From Actinomycetota bacterium (GTDB lineage Bacteria; Actinomycetota; UBA4738; HRBIN12), in NCBI GenBank assembly GCA_036280655.1, contig DASUQI010000058.1, forward strand, positions 2,258 to 66,257: a stretch of DNA of 64,000 nucleotides. Reading direction: 5' to 3'. The notes beneath the pieces were generated by a model, which saw nothing but the letters and a program-made list of their open reading frames with translations, was not told the DNA's origin and ran no database searches. This document shows positions 54,860 through 63,514 of this stretch, in pieces (the stretch's first letter is position 1; every line of letters begins with the position of its first letter). Both the position numbers and the translations under genes were made by a program.

Positions 54860-55497
54860 TACCCGCCGCCGTTCTCGACCGCCCACTGGTCGGTCGGGAA
54901 CCGCAGGGACTCGGGCAACAGCTCGTTCTTGCGCCACGGCGTGATCGTCTCCGCGTAGAAGTCGCGGCCGCGGCAGTCGTTCACCACCCAGACCGGGAAG
55001 TCGTCGAGCTCCATCCGCCGGATCGCCTCGGTCTGGAACTCCTCGAACGCGATGACCTCCTGCGACCGGACCGTGAGCGCGGAGAGCGCTCCGCCCCCGC
55101 CGAGCGCCGCCATGTAGACGGCGGTGTGCTTCTCGAGCTCGGCCCGGATCGCCGGCCCGCGCCCGCCCTTGCCCATGATCCCCTTGAGGCCGAGCTCCAG
55201 GAGCCGAGGCGTCCACTTGTCCATCCTGCTCGCGGTGGTCGGGCCCGCCGAGCCCGTCACGTTGCCCGGGCGCTCGGGCGTGGGCCCGACGTAGTAGACG
55301 ACCTGGCCGCGGATGTCGAACGGCAGGTCCTCGCCTCGATCGAGCATCTCGACCATGCGCTTGTGCGCCGCATCGCGCGCCGCGTACACCGTGCCCTTCA
55401 CGAGCACGACATCCCCGATCTCGAGCGACCGCACGTCGTCGTCGGAGAGCGGCGCCGAGATCCGCTTGCGGCCGTCGTCGAGGACCTCGACCGACAC
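54859..55497 (-). CDS. fumB: Class I (Fe-S) fumarate hydratase, beta subunit
   Basis: 212 aa from GTG 55497: GDVVLVKGTVYAARDAAHKRM, VVYYVGPTP, GPTTASRMD, GIMGKGGRG, FPVWVVND. Confidence 0.9.
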   Translation of the reverse strand: MSVEVLDDGRKRISAPLSDDDVRSLEIGDVVLVKGTVYAARDAAHKRMVEMLDRGEDLPFDIRGQVVYYVGPTPERPGNVTGSAGPTTASRMDKWTPRLLELGLKGIMGKGGRGPAIRAELEKHTAVYMAALGGGGALSALTVRSQEVIAFEEFQTEAIRRMELDDFPVWVVNDCRGRDFYAETITPWRKNELLPESLRFPTDQWAVENGGG

Positions 55498-56352
55498 TCA
55501 GATCACCCGCGATCCCGTCCGGTGCGCGTGGCACTCGATGTTGACCGCGACCGGCAACGACGCGATGTGCGTCGGCATCGTCTCGACGTGCACGGCGAGC
55601 ACCGTCTGCGTCCCGCCGAGCGCCTCGGGCCCGAGGCCGAGCGCGTTGCACTTCTCGTACAGCTCGGCCTCCAGCTCCGCGATCTGCGGGTCGGCGTTCG
55701 GCTGTCCGACCTTGCGCATCAGCGCGCGCTTGGCGATCACGCCGGACATCTCGAAGTTCCCGCCGATCCCGACGCCGATGATGCCCGGCGGGCAGGCGTT
55801 CGGCCCGGACTCGGCCACCGCCTGGAGCACGAACTCCTTCGCGCCCTCGAGGCCGTCGGCGGGCTTCAGCATCGCGTGCTTGCCCATGTTCTCCGATCCC
55901 GCCCCCTTGGCGTCGACCTGGATCCGGATCTGGTCGCCCGGCACGATCCGCGTGTGCACGAACGCCGGCGTGTTGTCGCCGGTGTTCCGCCGGTCGAAGA
56001 GCGGGTCCCGGACGATCGACCCCCGCAGGTACCCGTCCCCGTACCCCTGCCGGACGCCCTCGTCCACCGCATCGTAGAGGTCGGCCCCGACGACGTGCAC
56101 GTCTTGACCGACGTCGAGGAAGATCACGGTGTACCCCGTGTCCTGGCAGTACGGGTACTCGCCCTCGGCCGCGAGCGCCTGGTTGCGGATCAGCAGGTCG
56201 AGCACCTGGCGCCCCAGCGGCGACTCCTCGAGGTCGCGGGCGCGCTTGACGAGCTCGACCATCTCTTCGGGGACCTTGTAGTTGATCTCGATGCAGAGCT
56301 CCCGGACCACCCGGGTGATCTCCGCCGCATCGATCTCGCGCACGTTCGCCAT
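55498..56352 (-). CDS. fumA: Class I (Fe-S) fumarate hydratase, alpha subunit
   Basis: 284 aa from ATG 56352: YPYCQDTGYTVIFLDVGQDV, VDAKGAGSENM, NACPPGIIGVGIGG, VNIECHAHR. A tartrate dehydratase or mesaconase function cannot be excluded. Confidence 0.9.
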   Translation of the reverse strand: MANVREIDAAEITRVVRELCIEINYKVPEEMVELVKRARDLEESPLGRQVLDLLIRNQALAAEGEYPYCQDTGYTVIFLDVGQDVHVVGADLYDAVDEGVRQGYGDGYLRGSIVRDPLFDRRNTGDNTPAFVHTRIVPGDQIRIQVDAKGAGSENMGKHAMLKPADGLEGAKEFVLQAVAESGPNACPPGIIGVGIGGNFEMSGVIAKRALMRKVGQPNADPQIAELEAELYEKCNALGLGPEALGGTQTVLAVHVETMPTHIASLPVAVNIECHAHRTGSRVI

Positions 56353-56399
56353 CGCAACCCATGCTAGCGCCGGGCGGCGGCCGTGAGAGGATGCGGCCG

Positions 56400-56978
56400 A
56401 TGTCCCGCGAGCTCCTCTCGTCCGCGCGCCCCACACGCTCCCGTTTGCTCGGCTTCCTCGTGCTCGTCGGCGGCTCGGTGCTCGCCGGCGTCGGCGCGAC
56501 GCGCCTGTGGGCGACGATCGGGTTCGTCGCCGACACCGAGGGCGCCGCCGACGTCGCCGTCTACGGGACCGACGTCTGGGAAGGCAGGGTCGTGTTGCTG
56601 ATCGCCGGCCTCGCGCTCGTGGCGATGATCGTGATGCGCGTGACGACGTCCGGCGCGCTCCGCCGAACGCTCGGCGTCGCGCTCGTCCTGCTCGGCCTCG
56701 TCTGCGTGGCGCTCCCGCTCGTTGCGGCGATCCGCGCCGACGACCGCTTCGGCGACGCGGAGGGGCTCGACCGCATGGCCCAGATCCTCTCCGCCCGGCT
56801 CGAGCTCCCCGAGGACGTGATCCGCGAACAGCTCGCCGAGCAGTTCGAGCGTGACCTCCGGGTCGAGGTCGGAGCCGGCCTGTGGCTCTCGGTCGGCGGT
56901 GGCGTCCTGATCGCGGCGGGCGGTGCGCTCGGCTTCGCGTGGGCCCGAACGCGCGAGCCCATGGTCCCGGACGCCTAG
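56400..56978 (+). CDS. Integral membrane protein (4 TM), unknown function
   Basis: ATG 56400 is 9 nt after GAGAGG. Alternative starts are 56361 and 56391. LLGFLVLVGGSVLAGVGA, VVLLIAGLALVAMIVM, LGVALVLLGLVCVALPLVAAI, WLSVGGGVLIAAGGALGFAW. Confidence 0.55.
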   Translation: MSRELLSSARPTRSRLLGFLVLVGGSVLAGVGATRLWATIGFVADTEGAADVAVYGTDVWEGRVVLLIAGLALVAMIVMRVTTSGALRRTLGVALVLLGLVCVALPLVAAIRADDRFGDAEGLDRMAQILSARLELPEDVIREQLAEQFERDLRVEVGAGLWLSVGGGVLIAAGGALGFAWARTREPMVPDA

Positions 56979-57898
56979 AGGGCCGAGAGGTCCGCGCACT
57001 TCGCGCGGATCCCCTCGGCGGCCGCGCGGAGCGCCGCGAGCTCGTCCTCGTTCAGGTCGAGCTCCACGATCTCGGTCACGCCGGCGGGGCCGAGCCGCAC
57101 CGGGACGCCGACATACACGTCCTCGATCCCATACTTGCCGGTGCACCATGCGCAAACGGGGAGCGGCTCGTCGGTCCGTCCCGCGATCGCCTCGATCATC
57201 TTCGCGACCGAGGCCGACGGCGCGTAGTACGCGCTCCCCTTCTTCAAGAGGCCGACGATCTCCGCACCGGCGTCGCGCGTGCGCGCGTAGAGGCGTTCGA
57301 GCGTCGCCTCGTCGACCAACTCGGCGAGCGGCTTGCCGTCCACGGTCGCGTGGCGAGGGAGCGGCACCATCGACTCGCCGTGCGAGCCGAGCGTCATCGC
57401 CTCGACGCCGAGCGGAGACGTGCCCAGCTCCTCCGCGATGAAGGTTCGGAGCCGGGCGGAGTCGAGCACGCCCGCCATCCCCATCACGCGCTCCTTCGGG
57501 AACCCCGAGACGTCGGCCGCGAGGAAGGTCATCTCGTCGAGCGGGTTCGTCACGACGATGACGATCGCGTTCGGCGAGCCGGGGACGATGCGCTCGACGA
57601 CGTCACGCACGATGCCGGCGTTGTTGCCGAGCAGGTCCATCCGGCTCATCCCAGGCTGCCGCGGGAATCCGGCGGTGATCACGACGACGTCGGAGCCCGC
57701 GGTGTCCGCGTAGTCGTTCGTGCCGACGATCTGCGGCTCGAACCCGACGACCGGCGACGACTGCCGCAGGTCGAGCGCGAGCCCCTGCGGCAGGCCCTCC
57801 ACGATGTCGATCAGGACGACCTCGGCGAGGCCGCGTTCGACGACGCGCATCGCGGTGGTCTGTCCGACGAACCCGCTTCCGACGACGGTGACGCGCAT
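56975..57898 (-). CDS. mdh: Malate dehydrogenase (LDH-like family)
   Basis: 307 aa from ATG 57898: VTVVGSGFVGQTTA, ITAGFPRQPGMSRMDL (Arg at the substrate-specificity position), VVTNPLD, LGSHGESMVP. Confidence 0.92.
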   Translation of the reverse strand: MRVTVVGSGFVGQTTAMRVVERGLAEVVLIDIVEGLPQGLALDLRQSSPVVGFEPQIVGTNDYADTAGSDVVVITAGFPRQPGMSRMDLLGNNAGIVRDVVERIVPGSPNAIVIVVTNPLDEMTFLAADVSGFPKERVMGMAGVLDSARLRTFIAEELGTSPLGVEAMTLGSHGESMVPLPRHATVDGKPLAELVDEATLERLYARTRDAGAEIVGLLKKGSAYYAPSASVAKMIEAIAGRTDEPLPVCAWCTGKYGIEDVYVGVPVRLGPAGVTEIVELDLNEDELAALRAAAEGIRAKCADLSAL

Positions 57899-57950
57899 GG
57901 ACGGACGACTCCTCGGGTCGGGAGCAACCATCCTAGCGAGCGCCGGCCGG

Positions 57951-58904
57951 CTACTCGCGGCGGCTCGTGAGGTACGCCCCGGCGAGCACGAGCGCCGTCC
58001 CGAGCAGCGAGATCGCCGCGACGGTCTCGTCCTCGAAGATCACCCCGAGCACGATCGCGACCACGGGAATGAAGTAGATCGCCACGGACCCGCGCGTGGC
58101 CCCGACCCGGCCGACGAGCGTGGTCATCGCGACGAACGCCCACCCCGTGCCGAAGAACCCGAGCGCGACCACCGCGAGCGTGCTCGACCAGGCGAACTCG
58201 GAATCGGGGAGCCCGATCAGCGCCGCCGGCGCGAGGAGGATCAGGGCGGCGGCCTGCGCGCGGACGAGCACCGGGAGCGCCCCGTACCGCTGCTGCAGCG
58301 GCACGGCGAGGTTCACCGCGAGGCCGTAGAAGACCACGGCGAGGAGGATCAGTCCGGCGCCGAGCGCCGTCGCGTCGGCGTTGCGGGCGGCGGGCCAGAG
58401 GACCATCACGACGCCGAGGAACCCGATCGCCACGCCGGCGAACTGTCGGGTGGCCGGCGGCTTCCGGAGCAGGATCGCCGCGGTTACGGTCGCGAAGATC
58501 GGGACGGCGCCGTTGATCATCCCGGCGAGCGACGAGTCGATCCACTGCTGCCCGATCGGGAACAGGAGCAGCGGCGCCCCCATCCACACCACCCCGAGGA
58601 GCGCGACCCGCGGCAGGTCCGCCCGGTCCACGTGCCCACGTGACCCGGGCAGGAACGCGAGCGTGAGCGCGCCGAACCCGACCCGCAGGAACGCGATCAG
58701 GCCCGGCTCGAAGTGCTCGAGCCCGATCTCGATGAACACGAACGACGAGCCCCAGATCAGCGCGATCGCGACGAGCAGCGCCCACTCCTGCGCCCCGAAC
58801 GCCTCCCGGCGCGTGCCGTGGGCCGTCTCGATCAGCGGCCGCCTCGCGGCGCGCTCCGTCCTCATCGGGTCTGCCGTCACCGCCTCACGTCGCTCTTCAC
58901 CCAT
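57951..58904 (-). CDS. EamA/DMT-family transporter
   Basis: 317 aa from ATG 58904 (1-nt overlap with the upstream TGA). Ten TM helices arranged as two EamA-like repeats. Confidence 0.8.
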   Translation of the reverse strand: MGEERREAVTADPMRTERAARRPLIETAHGTRREAFGAQEWALLVAIALIWGSSFVFIEIGLEHFEPGLIAFLRVGFGALTLAFLPGSRGHVDRADLPRVALLGVVWMGAPLLLFPIGQQWIDSSLAGMINGAVPIFATVTAAILLRKPPATRQFAGVAIGFLGVVMVLWPAARNADATALGAGLILLAVVFYGLAVNLAVPLQQRYGALPVLVRAQAAALILLAPAALIGLPDSEFAWSSTLAVVALGFFGTGWAFVAMTTLVGRVGATRGSVAIYFIPVVAIVLGVIFEDETVAAISLLGTALVLAGAYLTSRRE

Positions 58905-60004
58905 CAACGTTCGCCAACCCCCGAACGTGAGAGGAGCTTCCCGACGACAGCATCCCGAACATCGGTCGTGCCCGCCGCGGCGGGATCGTCGTCCGTCGGC
59001 CTGAGGTCGTACGTGACCGTCCGGCCTTCGGCGATCACGTCGGCGACGGCCGCCTCGAGACGGTCGCCGGCTTCACGTTCGCCCAGGCGCCGCAGCAGCA
59101 TCGCGCCCGAGAGCATGAGCGCCATCGGGTTCGCGCGGTTCAGGCCGCGATACGTGGCGGCCGTCCCGTGGGTCGCCTCGAACACCGCACACCCGTCCCC
59201 GTGGTTCGCGCCGGGGGCGAGGCCGAGCCCACCCGCCAGCCCGGCGCACAGGTCCGAGACGAGGTCGCCGTACAGGTTCGGGAGCAGGAGGACATCGAAC
59301 GCCTCGGGGCGCTGGACGAGCTGCATCGCGAGGGCGTCGACGATCCGGTCCTCGAACGCGATCCCGGGATGCTCCGCCGCGACCCGCCCCGCCACCTCGA
59401 GGAACAGCCCGTCCGTGCGCTTCAGGATGTTCGCCTTGTGGCCGACGGTCACCTTCCGCCGGCCGCCGGCCTCCGCCTGCTCGAACGCGAACCGGGCGAC
59501 ACGCTCGCTCGCGCCCGCGCTGATCGCCTTGATCGACAGGCCGGAGTCCTCGCGGATCGGCCGGCCCGTGCCCCGGTCGATGAACGCGATGAGCTCGGCG
59601 GTCGCGGGCGCGCCCTGCTCGAACTCGATCCCCGTGTACGCGCCCTCGGTCAGCTCGCGGATCACAACCAGGTCGACGCCCTCGTACGCGGACCGGACCC
59701 CCGGATACGAGCGGCACGGGCGGACCGCGGCGAACAGGCCGAGGGCGAGCCGCAGGCTCACGTTCACGCTCCGAGCGCCCGGCGGGGTGCCGAGGGGGCC
59801 CTTCAGCGCCGCCCCGCGTTCCCGGATCGAGGCGATCACCCGCTCGGGCAGCGGATGCCCGTCCGTCTCGAGCGCGGCGAGGCCCGCCGTCTGCACGTCC
59901 CACCGCACGTCCACGCCGGTCGCCTCGATCGCGGCGCGAGCGGCGTCCACGAGCTCCGGCCCGACCCCGTCCCCGGGGATCAACGTGACATCGTGCGTCC
60001 CCAC
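58904..60004 (-). CDS. Isocitrate dehydrogenase paralogue (divergent cofactor motif)
   Basis: 366 aa from GTG 60004: TLIPGDGVGPEL, SVNVSLRLALGLFAAVRP, NLYGDLVSDL, but FEATHGTAATYRGLNRANP in place of the HGSAPDIAGK motif. The track ORF is extended to 60118 over the citrate synthase start. Confidence 0.8.
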   Translation of the reverse strand: MGTHDVTLIPGDGVGPELVDAARAAIEATGVDVRWDVQTAGLAALETDGHPLPERVIASIRERGAALKGPLGTPPGARSVNVSLRLALGLFAAVRPCRSYPGVRSAYEGVDLVVIRELTEGAYTGIEFEQGAPATAELIAFIDRGTGRPIREDSGLSIKAISAGASERVARFAFEQAEAGGRRKVTVGHKANILKRTDGLFLEVAGRVAAEHPGIAFEDRIVDALAMQLVQRPEAFDVLLLPNLYGDLVSDLCAGLAGGLGLAPGANHGDGCAVFEATHGTAATYRGLNRANPMALMLSGAMLLRRLGEREAGDRLEAAVADVIAEGRTVTYDLRPTDDDPAAAGTTDVRDAVVGKLLSRSGVGER

Positions 60005-60023
60005 GCCGGTCAGCCTAGATGGG

Positions 60024-61187
60024 ATGATGGGAGGCACGGCCGACCGAGACAGGAGCGTGCACGTGCCGGACAAGGGTCTTCGCGAGATCGTGGCCGCGCA
60101 GACACGCCTGTCCGACATCGACGGGCAGGAGGGCCGCCTGTGGTACGTCGGCTACGACATCGCCGACCTGGCCGGCAGGACCTCGTTCGAGGAGGTCGTG
60201 CACCTGCTCCACGAGCTCCGGCTGCCGACGCAGCCCGAGCTCGACGAGCTCTCAGACTTCCTCGTCGAGGCCAGAGAGCCCTCCAAGTTCCTCCAGGACC
60301 TGATGCCCGAGCTCGCGCAGCAGACCTCGCCGATGTCGATGCTCCGCACGAGCGTTTCGGCCGCCTCGACGTACGACCCCGACGGCTGGGACACCTCCCC
60401 GGAGGCCGACCGCCGCAAGGCGCTCCGCCTGATCGCGATGACGCCGACCCTGCTGTCGATGTATCACCGCCTTCGCACGGGGCAGGAGTACGTCCCCCCG
60501 AACCCGAAGCTGCCGCACGCCGCGAACTTCCTCCACATGCTGCTCGGGATGGAGCCCTCGAAGGAGGACGCGGAGGTGATCGACACCACCTTCGTTCTCT
60601 ACGCGGACCACACGATGAACGCCTCGACGTTCACCGCGCGGATCGTCGCCTCGACGCTCGCCGACATGTTCTCGGCGATCACGGCCGCGATCGCGGCCCT
60701 CAAGGGGCCGCTGCACGGCGGCGCCAACGAGGAGTCGATGAAGATGCTCGAGGAGATCGGCTCGCCGGACCGGGCCGACGCCTACGTCGCGGATCGGCTC
60801 GCCCGCCACGAGAAGGTGATGGGGTTCGGGCACGCCGTGTACAAGACGATGGATCCCCGCGCGAGGATCCTGAAGCGCCTATCGAAGGAGACCGGCGAGC
60901 GCCACGGCGACGCGAGCTGGTTCGAGATCTCCGAGGCGATCGAGCGCGCCGTCGCCGAGCAGAAGGGCCTGTACCCGAACGTCGACTTCTACGCGGCGAG
61001 CGTGTACCACGCGCTCGGGATCCCCACGGACCTGATGACGCCGATCTTCGCGCTCGCGCGCATGTCGGGCTGGACGGCCCACGTCCGCGAGCAGTACGCG
61101 GACAACCGCGTGATCCGGCCGGGCTCCGAGTACGTCGGCCCGACCGACCGGAGCTGGGTCCCGATCGAGGAGCGGACCGCGAGCTAA
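60024..61187 (+). CDS. gltA: Citrate synthase (short, dimeric Gram-positive/archaeal type; 2-methylcitrate synthase not excluded)
   Basis: 387 aa from ATG 60024: LYADHTMNASTF, LKGPLHGGANE, MGFGHAVYKTMDPRA, PNVDFYA. It is the last part of an 824-aa shadow-extended track ORF. Confidence 0.9.
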   Translation: MMGGTADRDRSVHVPDKGLREIVAAQTRLSDIDGQEGRLWYVGYDIADLAGRTSFEEVVHLLHELRLPTQPELDELSDFLVEAREPSKFLQDLMPELAQQTSPMSMLRTSVSAASTYDPDGWDTSPEADRRKALRLIAMTPTLLSMYHRLRTGQEYVPPNPKLPHAANFLHMLLGMEPSKEDAEVIDTTFVLYADHTMNASTFTARIVASTLADMFSAITAAIAALKGPLHGGANEESMKMLEEIGSPDRADAYVADRLARHEKVMGFGHAVYKTMDPRARILKRLSKETGERHGDASWFEISEAIERAVAEQKGLYPNVDFYAASVYHALGIPTDLMTPIFALARMSGWTAHVREQYADNRVIRPGSEYVGPTDRSWVPIEERTAS

Positions 61188-61645
61188 CTCCGTGGTGGTG
61201 GCGGCTGGTTCGGAGGCCCGGCCGGCGGGGGCGGAGGGGCCTGTAGCCCGGTCGAACCCGCCGCGGCGGAGTCCCAGACCCGGTTCAGGTGCTCCTGCAC
61301 GTACGCGGCCATCCCGATCATGATCAGGATGCCGAGGATCACGACGAGCGCCGGCGAGATCTGCGACGCGAGCCCGCGCTGCTCCTGCATCCGCACGATG
61401 TGGTTCGCGGTGTTGTAGTAGGCGATGAACGGCGGAACGATCAGCAGGAGGCCGGGGAACACCGCGAGGACCGACCGGCTCGGGCTGATCGTCTGGTCGC
61501 CGGTGTATCGCTGGATCTCCTCGTTGACCTTGTAGAACCAGTAGAGCCCGTAGATCCCGAGCGTGATGAGCACGAGGCCGAGCACGACGAGCGGGCTCCG
61601 CTTCGGGTAGGTCTGTCCCTGGATCGTGACGGTTTCCATCGCCAA
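61184..61645 (-). CDS. DUF4234-like membrane protein with a Pro-rich tail
   Basis: 153 aa: LVVLGLVLITLGIYGLYWFYKVNEEI (GIYxLYWxY pattern). C-terminal PPPPPAGPPNQPPPP. Confidence 0.7.
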   Translation of the reverse strand: MAMETVTIQGQTYPKRSPLVVLGLVLITLGIYGLYWFYKVNEEIQRYTGDQTISPSRSVLAVFPGLLLIVPPFIAYYNTANHIVRMQEQRGLASQISPALVVILGILIMIGMAAYVQEHLNRVWDSAAAGSTGLQAPPPPPAGPPNQPPPPRS

Positions 61646-61670
61646 CCCCCTCGGTCCGAACCGTCGGAGT

Positions 61671-62597
61671 CTAGTCGCGTCCGCCGACCGGGCGGGGGAA
61701 CAGCCCGGCGCCCTCGATCACGTGCCGAACGACCCGCTCGCGGCCGAGCCCCATCACGTGGACGCCCGAGATCCCCGGGATCTCGCGGAGGCCGGTGACG
61801 ATCTCGACGCACTGCGCGGTGCCGACGACCTCCGACTCGGAGCCGGCCGCCTCGAGCGCCTCGATCATCGCGTCCGGGACCGAGACGCCCGGCAGATGCT
61901 CGTTCATGTACCGGGCCTGCTTCGACCCGCGGAGCGGCGCGACACCAACGAGGACGGCCGCCCGCTCGAAGACCCCGCGAGCCCGCACGACCTCGGCCCA
62001 CCGGACGATCGCGTCCAGGTCGTAGGTGATCTGCGTGATCACGAAGTCGGCCCCGGCGTCGAGCTTGGCCTCGAGTCGTCTCGCGTCGTACACCTCGACG
62101 AGCGGGGTGTCCGACACGCCGACGAAGTACGAGGGGGCCGGGTCGACCTCCTGACCTGACGGCAGTCGGTGCTCGTCGCGGAGCGTCCGGGCGAGCGAGA
62201 TCAGCTCGAGCACCGTGAGGTCGTGCACCGCGCCCGCGGACGGCTCGTCGCCCACCGAGACGGGATCGCCGGTGAGCGCGAAGAGGTTCCGCGCGCCGAG
62301 CGCCCAGGCGCCGAGCAGATCGCCGGCCAGCGCGAGCCGGTTCCGGTCGCGGACCGTGAGCTGCACCGTGGGCTCGAGGCCGGCACGGGCGACGGCCGCC
62401 ACGCCCGCGAGCGGCGACATGTGGGCGCTCGCGACCGGGTTGTCGGTGACGTTGACGGCGTCCGCGTAGCCCACGAGCTCACGGGCCTGCTGGTCGAGTG
62501 GGGTCGGGTCCGCGGACCTCGGCGGGACGACCTCGGAGGTGACGCAGAACTTCCCGGCGCGGACGAGCGCCTCGAGGCCGCTCGCGGCCGGGCTCAC
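61671..62597 (-). CDS. metF: Methylenetetrahydrofolate reductase
   Basis: 308 aa from GTG 62597 (GTGA overlap with folD): FCVTSEVVPPR, AVNVTDNP, TVQLTVRDRNR, NLFALTGDP, DFVITQITYD. Confidence 0.85.
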   Translation of the reverse strand: MSPAASGLEALVRAGKFCVTSEVVPPRSADPTPLDQQARELVGYADAVNVTDNPVASAHMSPLAGVAAVARAGLEPTVQLTVRDRNRLALAGDLLGAWALGARNLFALTGDPVSVGDEPSAGAVHDLTVLELISLARTLRDEHRLPSGQEVDPAPSYFVGVSDTPLVEVYDARRLEAKLDAGADFVITQITYDLDAIVRWAEVVRARGVFERAAVLVGVAPLRGSKQARYMNEHLPGVSVPDAMIEALEAAGSESEVVGTAQCVEIVTGLREIPGISGVHVMGLGRERVVRHVIEGAGLFPRPVGGRD

Positions 62598-63460
62598 CGT
62601 TGGTCCGAGAGCTGTTCGGCCGCCGTGACCGTGTTGAGCAGGAGCATCGCGGTGGTCATCGGGCCGACGCCCCCGGGGACCGGGGTGATCATGCCCGCGA
62701 CCTCCTTCACGTCCTCGAAGTTCACGTCGCCGACGAGCCCGTGCTCGGTGCGGTGCACGCCGACGTCGACGACGACCGCGCCCGGCTTCACCATGTCGGC
62801 CGTGATGAGCTGCGCCCGGCCCGTGGCCGCGACGAGGATGTCGGCGCGGCGAGTGTGCGAGGCGAGGTCTCGGGTCTTGATGTGACAGACGGTGACCGTC
62901 GCGTTGCCGCGGATCCAGTCCTGCGCGAGGAGGATCGAGAGCGGCGCGCCGACGAGGTCGCCGTAGCCGGCCACGACGATCTCGGCGCCCTCGAGCTCGA
63001 CGCCCGAGCGCAGCAGCAGCTCGACGATCCCGTACGGCGTGGCCGGCGGGAACGACGGCTCGCCGCGGACCATCAGCCCCACGTTCAGCGGGTGCAGCCC
63101 GTCCACGTCCTTGCCCGGATCCATCGTCGTCTGAACCGCGAGCTCGCTGATGTGTTTCGGGAGCGGGAGTTGGACGATGATCCCGTGGATCTCCGGGTCT
63201 CGGTTGAGGCGTCGGATCGTGGCCAGGAGCTCGCCCTCGGTCACGAACGCCGGCAGGTCCACCTGCTCCGAGCGCATCCCGACCTCCGAGCACGCCTTGT
63301 GCTTGGCGCCCAGGTAGATCCGGGAGGCCTCGTCGTCGCCGACGAGCACGGCGGCGAGCCCCGGCTGCGCCCCACGGTCAACGAGCGCCATCGCGCGCTC
63401 GGCCACCTGGGCCTTGACCTGGGCGGCGATCGCGCGGCCGTCGATGATCGTGGCGGTCAC
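62594..63460 (-). CDS. folD: Bifunctional methylene-THF dehydrogenase / methenyl-THF cyclohydrolase
   Basis: 288 aa: IIDGRAIA, VLVGDDEASRIYLGAKHKAC, GIIVQLPLP, DVDGLHPLN, TPVPGGVGPMT. Confidence 0.92.
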   Translation of the reverse strand: MTATIIDGRAIAAQVKAQVAERAMALVDRGAQPGLAAVLVGDDEASRIYLGAKHKACSEVGMRSEQVDLPAFVTEGELLATIRRLNRDPEIHGIIVQLPLPKHISELAVQTTMDPGKDVDGLHPLNVGLMVRGEPSFPPATPYGIVELLLRSGVELEGAEIVVAGYGDLVGAPLSILLAQDWIRGNATVTVCHIKTRDLASHTRRADILVAATGRAQLITADMVKPGAVVVDVGVHRTEHGLVGDVNFEDVKEVAGMITPVPGGVGPMTTAMLLLNTVTAAEQLSDQR

Positions 63461-63514
63461 GAGCGGGAATCCTATCGGCGGAACGTCGCACAGTGGCGAA
63501 AGCGGCGACGCCCG

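Noticed and set aside
58713-60023. Upstream 437 codons of the 824-aa plus-strand ORF that ends as citrate synthase
   Set aside because: This part is antisense to the isocitrate dehydrogenase paralogue. Citrate synthase similarity begins only near ATG 60024.
63461-63514. Possible ZTP or folate-type riboswitch upstream of folD, and likewise at 46215-46263 upstream of folE
   Set aside because: The leaders are only about 50 nt long and lack the conserved motifs I remember. There is not enough room for either aptamer.
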